Source: Leptospira sp.
GTDB taxonomy: Bacteria; Spirochaetota; Leptospiria; Leptospirales; Leptospiraceae
Direction: 5' to 3'
DNA length: 56,033 bases
NCBI GenBank assembly: GCA_034439575.1
Contig: JAWXAQ010000028.1
Location: 1-56,033 of the forward strand
The translations under genes and the position numbers were made by a program. Below the pieces are notes generated by a model, which ran no database searches, was not told where the DNA came from, and worked only from the letters and a program-made list of their open reading frames with translations. Below are positions 50,008 to 56,033 of this stretch, piece after piece (the stretch's first letter is position 1; each line of letters starts with the position of its first letter).

Positions 50008-51056
50008 AAGCAAGCCAACTTTCTGAAGTTATACTTAGGTTTTCTTTCTTTGGTCTTGTGGCCATTACCATCTTAATTGGAATCATTGGAATCAAATTTT
50101 TAGCGATTCCTTTACTGATTTCAGGTATACATTTTTATATCTTTCATTCTATAGTCGATCACCTTGAATCTAGAGGTGTTCCGCGTTCTGCGACGATACT
50201 TCTTATCTTTGGATTTCTAATTAGTTTTGCCTATTGGATTGTGGGTTTTTATTTGCCCGGTTTATTTGAAAGTGCACAACCTATCATCGCAGATTGGTCA
50301 CAGAAAATGGATGATCCAAATTTTCAATTAATTGATTTTAATAAACTTCCTATCCTTTCTAAAAACCCTGAACTTTGGAAAAAAATCATCAAACCAGAAG
50401 ACATTGCAAAGATTGCCACTTCAAGTTTGGAAACTTTTTTGCAAGACTTGGTTGTGATGATTCCTACTTTTATCAGTTGGATGATCATAATTCCTATCAT
50501 TAGCTTCTTTCTTTTGTTAGATGCCAATTTAATTTATAAAACAATGATTAGTTTTATACCGAATCGATTTTTTGAAATGTTTTTAATGGTTTTTTATAGA
50601 ACGAATCAACAAATCACGAGTTATCTAAAAAGTTTAGTCATTCAATGTGGAATAATGGCGACCGTTGCATCGTTTGGATTCTTTTTAGTAGGTATGAACC
50701 AATTTTTCTTGTTTGGTTGTATCTTAGGCATTGCAAATTCAGTTCCTTATATCGGACCATTGCTCGGAGTCATTCCACCATTATTATTTTCACTTTTATT
50801 TCCAGAAATTTCACCAGGCTTAGGTTCGGTTTTGGCGGTGGTCGGTGTGGCTCAGTTAGTTGATAACGCAATAGTGCAACCCGTTGTAATCGCCAATGCC
50901 GTTTCACTACATCCTTTAGCAATTTTAGTCGGCATTGCGGTTGGTGGTAATTTTTTCGGTATCTTTGGTATGTTACTCGCAATACCAGTGATTTCAATTT
51001 TAAAAGTTACAATCGGAATCCTTTATGAATCATTAAAGGAAAATCAAATTATTTGA
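50004..51056 (+). CDS. AI-2E (PerM/UPF0118) family transporter
   Basis: FFLLLD, VPYIGP, QLVDN..VQP, LHP, FGIFGMLLAIP; ATGA coupling to the upstream gene. Confidence 0.88.
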   Translation: MKASQLSEVILRFSFFGLVAITILIGIIGIKFLAIPLLISGIHFYIFHSIVDHLESRGVPRSATILLIFGFLISFAYWIVGFYLPGLFESAQPIIADWSQKMDDPNFQLIDFNKLPILSKNPELWKKIIKPEDIAKIATSSLETFLQDLVVMIPTFISWMIIIPIISFFLLLDANLIYKTMISFIPNRFFEMFLMVFYRTNQQITSYLKSLVIQCGIMATVASFGFFLVGMNQFFLFGCILGIANSVPYIGPLLGVIPPLLFSLLFPEISPGLGSVLAVVGVAQLVDNAIVQPVVIANAVSLHPLAILVGIAVGGNFFGIFGMLLAIPVISILKVTIGILYESLKENQII

Positions 51057-51942
51057 TTTCTGATAATATAATTCCAGAAAGTACCAAAAAACATCCAATA
51101 GCACCAAAGAGAGAAAGACTTTCACCTAATATTAAATAGGCAAAAAAGAAAGAGAACACGGGTTCCATAGAATATAGAATTCCGGCCCTTGATGCGGAGA
51201 CTGCTTTTTGGTATCTTGCTTGAATTTGTGAAGTGAGTATCGATGCAAAAATCGCAGTGTATAATACACCAATCCAAAATTTAAAATCTAAATTGATGGA
51301 ATTAAAAGAAACAAAAAGATTTTCTTCAAAGGGAAGTGCGAGTGTAGATAACAATGCTATAAAAAGAATTTCCAATGAAACGAGTATGGGTGTCGGCATT
51401 TTGCGACTATAAATATCAATCAGTATAATATAGATTGCGAAGAAAAATGCAGCAGCCAATGTATAAATATCACCGATGGAGATATGATTAACATTCCAAT
51501 CATTCCATGATTTCGCATCATTATGCGAAATAAAATACAAGCCACAAAAAACGATTATGACAGAGGCCCAAATACGAAAGGAAGGATACTTTTTTTCAAT
51601 TATAATTTGTAATAAGGGAACGATGATTACATAGGCACCAGTGATAAATCCTGATTGCGTGGCCGTTGTGGAAACAAGTCCAATCGTTTGGAAGGCATAA
51701 CCCGCAAGAGCCGCAAAGGCTGTCAAAAATGCGGGAATCATATAAGCAAGATTCCAAATCTCCCTTCGAAATAAAATTTTTCGATAGAGCAGAAGGATTG
51801 CAAGACCTGCGATCCAAAAACGAATGGATATAAATAAAAATGGCGGAACTGAATCTAAGGCTAGTTTGATGGCAACAAAAGTCCCTCCCCAAAAAAGTGC
51901 AGCGATGATTAAAAACACTTCGGGTGGAATTTTAGAAACCAT
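51049..51942 (-). CDS. DMT/EamA family transporter
   Basis: WGGTF..IK, RF, QTIGL..TTA..SGFITG, EPVF, LGE. Confidence 0.9.
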   Translation of the reverse strand: MVSKIPPEVFLIIAALFWGGTFVAIKLALDSVPPFLFISIRFWIAGLAILLLYRKILFRREIWNLAYMIPAFLTAFAALAGYAFQTIGLVSTTATQSGFITGAYVIIVPLLQIIIEKKYPSFRIWASVIIVFCGLYFISHNDAKSWNDWNVNHISIGDIYTLAAAFFFAIYIILIDIYSRKMPTPILVSLEILFIALLSTLALPFEENLFVSFNSINLDFKFWIGVLYTAIFASILTSQIQARYQKAVSASRAGILYSMEPVFSFFFAYLILGESLSLFGAIGCFLVLSGIILSEIK

Positions 51943-51986
51943 GATCTTTTCAGTCTTTTTTTTGCACTTAATTATTCAAGGAAAAC

Positions 51987-53213
51987 ATGGACTGGAAGTA
52001 TAGAATTAAAAAACCTGAACAAGGAACACCTCTTAACTGGGAAATTTACTTTCCGCCTGGTCTTGCCACTCGCACAACCGAAACAGTCAAATCTTTGTTA
52101 GATGAGATAAAACTGCCTAACCAACCTGCATATCGTTTACGAACTTTTACTGAAAAATTAAAATTAGAAAGTGCGAATGCCCACCAGATTGCCTATTTAT
52201 TTGAATACGCACATTTTTTACGAGATATACGGCTTGTGATAGGAAAAAGCGATGATTGGCGAAAAGGAAATTCCCCAGCAGAAGAAGAGATGCAAGCCGT
52301 TGTTGAAGGTGCATTACCACTTGCAAAAAAGCTAATCAAATCAGAAGAAAGTATTCGTGACGGAAAACTAAAAGAGTCGCTTCATGGAAGTTATTTTGAA
52401 ACTGAGATAACCGTAACCTTATCACTATTTGGTGATCCAGCATATATTCGAAGTGTTAAATCTGTATTTCCAACTAGCGCACCAGTCCCTGAAGATTTAG
52501 CACATGCACTATTGTTATACGGAAAAGATCTAGCAGGTTGGGACGATAACATTGATACATTCTTTTATTTACCATTTGCAGGAACTGGAACTTTTGGTAC
52601 CGAATGGGCTATGATGGAAAATCATACTGCGACGCATCAATTACCAAAAAAAACCATTTTCCAAGACTTATCTATATATCCCGAAAAAACCATCGCACAT
52701 TATCAAAAACAAAAAAATAAAGAAGGTATTAAAAAAAACTCCACTCAACTCTGGTTAGATTCTGATCCAGCACTTTTGACTTACCAACAAAAGGAAAAGA
52801 AAAATTGGGAAAAATTATTTTTAGAGAATTGCGAATGGCAAATTGAAACTGGTGATTTTTTTAATACAAAAGATCCTATGAAACTATCAATGTATGATGT
52901 GAGTGATCGTGAAAGTTACGGTGTGTTTTTACCATTGAATCCACCTTTTGGATTTAGAAAGAATGAACGAACTACAGGTGATGATACAATTTATGCGAAT
53001 ATTGGAAATCATATCCAAGATTTAGCAGAATCATTTCGAAATAAAAAAAGAAATGGCTTAAAACAATTCGCAGGATTTTTACTATGCCCGACGGAAGAAA
53101 AATGGTTACTCGTTCGAAACCAACTTAAAGGATTCTCTCAAAAAACAATTCACGTAACTCATGGCGGAATTGATTTACGAGTCTTATTTTTTCAAAATAA
53201 AAATCCATTTTAA
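51987..53213 (+). CDS. Divergent RlmL/THUMP-like RNA methyltransferase
   Basis: PPGL near the N-terminus, LPFAGTGTF.TE (motif I-like), GDFF, LNPPFG.R (NPPY-like). Confidence 0.55.
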   Translation: MDWKYRIKKPEQGTPLNWEIYFPPGLATRTTETVKSLLDEIKLPNQPAYRLRTFTEKLKLESANAHQIAYLFEYAHFLRDIRLVIGKSDDWRKGNSPAEEEMQAVVEGALPLAKKLIKSEESIRDGKLKESLHGSYFETEITVTLSLFGDPAYIRSVKSVFPTSAPVPEDLAHALLLYGKDLAGWDDNIDTFFYLPFAGTGTFGTEWAMMENHTATHQLPKKTIFQDLSIYPEKTIAHYQKQKNKEGIKKNSTQLWLDSDPALLTYQQKEKKNWEKLFLENCEWQIETGDFFNTKDPMKLSMYDVSDRESYGVFLPLNPPFGFRKNERTTGDDTIYANIGNHIQDLAESFRNKKRNGLKQFAGFLLCPTEEKWLLVRNQLKGFSQKTIHVTHGGIDLRVLFFQNKNPF

Positions 53214-53232
53214 TCATTTAGTTCAATTTGAA

Positions 53233-53898
53233 ATGAAAGATATACAGATAGAACCTAGTTGGAAAAAGGAACTGGATAATGAATTTCAGAAACCATACTT
53301 TGATTCATTGCGAATATTTGTAAGAGAAGAATATAAAAAATCAAAAGTATATCCACCCGCCAAACAAATATTTGCGGCCTTCGACCATTGTCCTTTTGAT
53401 AAAGTAAAAGTAGTCATTTTAGGCCAAGATCCATACCATGGGGAAAACCAAGCAAATGGACTTTGTTTTTCCGTAGCACCTGGGATTCAGGTCCCACCTT
53501 CGCTTCAGAATATTTTTAAAGAGATAAATTCAGATATAGGCTCACCGATTCCAAAAAATGGAGATTTAGCAAGGTGGGCGAACCAAGGTGTTTTATTATT
53601 AAATGCCACTCTGACAGTCAGAGAAAACCAAGCAGGATCGCATCAGAATCATGGTTGGGAATTATTTACAGATGCCATCATACGAGCATTAGCTGAAAAT
53701 AAATCAAAACTAGTTTTTTTATTATGGGGAAGTTTTGCGCAAAAAAAAGGAGAGATGATAGATCCAAAAAAACATTTGGTTCTAAAATCTCCACACCCTT
53801 CTCCGCTCTCTGCCCACCGAGGATTTTTCGGAAACCATCATTTCAGTAAAACCAACGAGTATTTAATGTTAAATGGAGAGATCCCCATTGAATGGTGA
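53233..53898 (+). CDS. ung: Uracil-DNA glycosylase
   Basis: GQDPYH, GLCFSV, PPSL.NI, QGVLLLN, HPSPLS. Start is probably 53233. Confidence 0.97.
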   Translation: MKDIQIEPSWKKELDNEFQKPYFDSLRIFVREEYKKSKVYPPAKQIFAAFDHCPFDKVKVVILGQDPYHGENQANGLCFSVAPGIQVPPSLQNIFKEINSDIGSPIPKNGDLARWANQGVLLLNATLTVRENQAGSHQNHGWELFTDAIIRALAENKSKLVFLLWGSFAQKKGEMIDPKKHLVLKSPHPSPLSAHRGFFGNHHFSKTNEYLMLNGEIPIEW

Positions 53899-54775
53899 TC
53901 ATAAAAAAGGCTATTTTTTTATTTTTCTCACCGGGGTATTTTTCGCCTTTGAAGTGATAGGTTTTAAGTATATATTTAAAACATATCATTTAAGTCCTGA
54001 AATCGCCGCTTTTTATGGAGTTTCCATTGCTTTTTTGATTCTATGTCCCTACTTTTTGGTCAGTAAATCAAGACGTGATAAAATTCGAATCACGATAAAT
54101 AACGACGGAAAAGTATTACTGATCGGGACGATTTTAAATTCTATAGGTATACTGATGTACTATTTTGGTCTCAGAATTTCCGATTTAGGCCCATCCGCCT
54201 TACTTATTAAAATGACTGTATTATATAATGTTTTATTTGGTGTGTTTTTACTCGATGAAAAATTACGTATAACAGAAGTAATAGGAATTTTACTTGCGAT
54301 ATCGGGAATTATTGTCATTTCAACTTTGCATGGACAAATTGAAGTATCATCCGCCATTATCATGTTAGTTTCTGCTTTATTTTTCGCCATACAAAGTTAT
54401 TTAATCAAAAAATATGTCATTCAAATTGATGGTATGACTTTCGCTTTTTTACGATTGTTTTTACTTTCGATTTTCTTTCTAATTTATATAATCCTTATGG
54501 GAACTTGGGAAATATTAGAAGCTGGTCTCGCAATCAGTTTAGGAATATTTTCATTGTTAGGCTACTTTCTTGGCCGTGCATTTTATTTTGAAGCACACAA
54601 TCACCTTCCGATCAGTAAGTTAAATTCTGTATTATTGATTGAACCTGTCTTTCTGATGTTTATCGGAATATTATTTCTCGGTGAACCTCTATCATTTCAA
54701 AAAAGTTTAGGCACTATACTCATCCTATCTGGTTTATATTTACTTATATTTCACAAAAGGAAAAAAATAATTTGA
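53873..54775 (+). CDS. DMT/EamA family transporter
   Basis: About 10 TMs, FLLDEK, IEPVF..FLGE; start uncertain. Confidence 0.85.
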   Translation: MERSPLNGDHKKGYFFIFLTGVFFAFEVIGFKYIFKTYHLSPEIAAFYGVSIAFLILCPYFLVSKSRRDKIRITINNDGKVLLIGTILNSIGILMYYFGLRISDLGPSALLIKMTVLYNVLFGVFLLDEKLRITEVIGILLAISGIIVISTLHGQIEVSSAIIMLVSALFFAIQSYLIKKYVIQIDGMTFAFLRLFLLSIFFLIYIILMGTWEILEAGLAISLGIFSLLGYFLGRAFYFEAHNHLPISKLNSVLLIEPVFLMFIGILFLGEPLSFQKSLGTILILSGLYLLIFHKRKKII

Positions 54776-55104
54776 AAATTGAATGGCAAAAACAAATAAA
54801 GACTGGCCACATCGTTAAGGTACTCAGTGAAAGTGAAATTCAGGATTTATTGGTATCCCTACCGCATTGGCAAATGCAAAATGAAAATGGGATCACAAAA
54901 CTTGTTCGTGAAATTATTTTTACTGATTTCATTCATGCATTTGCTTTCCTTTCAAAAATTGCAATGATCTCCCAAATGTTGGACCATCATGCAGAAATTT
55001 TCAATGTTTACAATAAAGTTAAAATATCCTTATATACTCATACGCATTCGAAGATCACAAACCTGGATCAAATTTTTGCGCATAATGCAGAAAATATGAT
55101 TTAA
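54772..55104 (+). CDS. phhB: Pterin-4a-carbinolamine dehydratase
   Basis: F.DF..AF.F, DHHAEI.N.YNKV...YTH...IT.LD. Confidence 0.88.
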   Translation: MKIEWQKQIKTGHIVKVLSESEIQDLLVSLPHWQMQNENGITKLVREIIFTDFIHAFAFLSKIAMISQMLDHHAEIFNVYNKVKISLYTHTHSKITNLDQIFAHNAENMI

Positions 55105-55123
55105 TCATTTGAGAATTTGATTA

Positions 55124-55729
55124 TTATAAGTTATTTTTCATCCAATCTGCGATAGAATTGGCATTTTCCGTATTAAGCTTTTCTAATTCGTTTATTACCA
55201 TTTTTTGCCTTTCTATAGAATGATTTTGGCTTAATTTTGCTTTAGCTTCGAATTTTTCTATTTTGATTTCAAAACCAACAATTCCTTTGCGCAGATTGAT
55301 TAACAAATTATCATATACTTGTTCTAGTTTGTATTTACTTTTTTCAGATTCGTATTTTTTAACCAATTGCCCTAAGGATTGAATGAGAATTTGTTCATCG
55401 TCCATGATTTGAAATTTTCCAGAAATATGAACGCTTAAATAATTCCAAGTCGGAACTGCATCTTTTGTTTCATACCAATCGGGAGAGATATAGTGATGAG
55501 GTCCTTGAAAAATCGCCAATACATTTTCATTCGCCAAATCTTTCCATTGATCATTAGCACGCGCTAGATGGCCTATGAGAGAAGTTTTATCTTTCGATAA
55601 AACCAAAGGCAAATGGGTAGCAATTAATCCTGCACTCCCATTCGAAACTAATGTTCCAAAACTATTTTCTTCTATCAATTGATGAATCGTAGTCTCATCT
55701 GTGATCTCAAAACTTTTAGGAATAAACAT
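55124..55729 (-). CDS. PaiB-like FMN-binding (split-barrel) protein
   Basis: MFIP..F, ATHLP, GHLARAN.QW, GPH.YISPDWY, VPTWNY, KLSQN. The true start is ATG 55729. Confidence 0.9.
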   Translation of the reverse strand: MFIPKSFEITDETTIHQLIEENSFGTLVSNGSAGLIATHLPLVLSKDKTSLIGHLARANDQWKDLANENVLAIFQGPHHYISPDWYETKDAVPTWNYLSVHISGKFQIMDDEQILIQSLGQLVKKYESEKSKYKLEQVYDNLLINLRKGIVGFEIKIEKFEAKAKLSQNHSIERQKMVINELEKLNTENANSIADWMKNNL

Positions 55730-55735
55730 GCAATT

Positions 55736-55831
55736 GCAAACCTCGTTCCCATCTCCCTTCCCTCTCACCTCCGTGTTCGAAGGAAGGACTCCGACATCCA
55801 TGTCTCCGTTACCGATGGAAACAAGGTTTGC
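55736..55831 (-). other. 96-nt structured element directly upstream of the PaiB-like gene (cis-regulatory RNA or MITE-like repeat)
   Basis: 18-bp terminal helix enclosing two inner hairpins; all imperfect pairs are G-U on the minus strand. Confidence 0.7.
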
Positions 55832-55987
55832 TAGGTGAGGAAGAAAGATCGATTAACTATATTTTACTTTAAAAAATAACACTTAATTATAGATACATTT
55901 ATGCACAATTTCTTGTTAGTCTCGCGGTCGAAAAATCTCTCTAAAATGAAATGCATTTTATCGTATTGCGTATAAACGCCCGCAAAT

Positions 55988-56013
55988 AAAAAAAGCCAAC
56001 TTTTCCGTTGGCT
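55988..56013 (-). terminator. Rho-independent terminator for a minus-strand gene beyond the window
   Basis: AGCCAAC-TTTTCC-GTTGGCT preceded by an A7 run (U tail on the minus strand). Confidence 0.65.
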
Positions 56014-56033
56014 AATTTATAATTATAAAATCA

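Noticed and set aside
55730-55801. 24-aa N-terminal extension of the PaiB-like protein
   Set aside because: The family begins at M-Y/F-x-P; the extension is a read-through of the structured element.
55736-55831. FMN riboswitch or tRNA
   Set aside because: Lacks the conserved RFN blocks and six-helix layout; no T-loop or CCA cloverleaf.
1-56033. Prophage, IS, integron or known anti-phage system
   Set aside because: No integrase, transposase, phage structural or recognisable defence nuclease ORFs. The STAND hybrid ends in a histidine kinase rather than an effector.

Overview
AT-rich bacterial chromosome segment, most consistent with a free-living (saprophytic-clade) Leptospira. This is inferred from the gene set, Leptospira-style lipoprotein signals, very tight gene packing and bioDAB. 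About 45 CDS; no tRNA, rRNA, CRISPR or transposase seen. 1-5.3 kb: MoxR/DUF58/VWA/VWA/TPR (bat-like) operon, with an in-frame 18-bp VNTR at the window edge. 5.4-13.7 kb: two ~89%-identical secreted alpha/beta-hydrolase transcription units in direct orientation. They bracket an AT-rich receiver protein plus an 1827-aa pseudokinase/STAND-ATPase/GAF/histidine-kinase hybrid and a cluster of GC-rich structured elements. 13.7-19 kb: CstR-like (CsoR family) repressor with three ATAC(C)-N-(G)GTAT operators upstream of a DUF2892-TolC-RND unit that lacks an adaptor gene. 19-55 kb: mostly housekeeping genes (CoA transferase, MsbA-like ABC, PBP1a, lon, uvrB, trmL, S1-domain protein, aroE, folC, trpF, mutS, serB, bioBAD, ung, phhB), plus an apparently metal-less exported amidohydrolase homologue. 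55.7 kb: a 96-nt strand-specific RNA fold with CsrA-type GGA loops that sequesters the putative RBS of a PaiB-like gene. All calls come from motif reading only; no searches were run.
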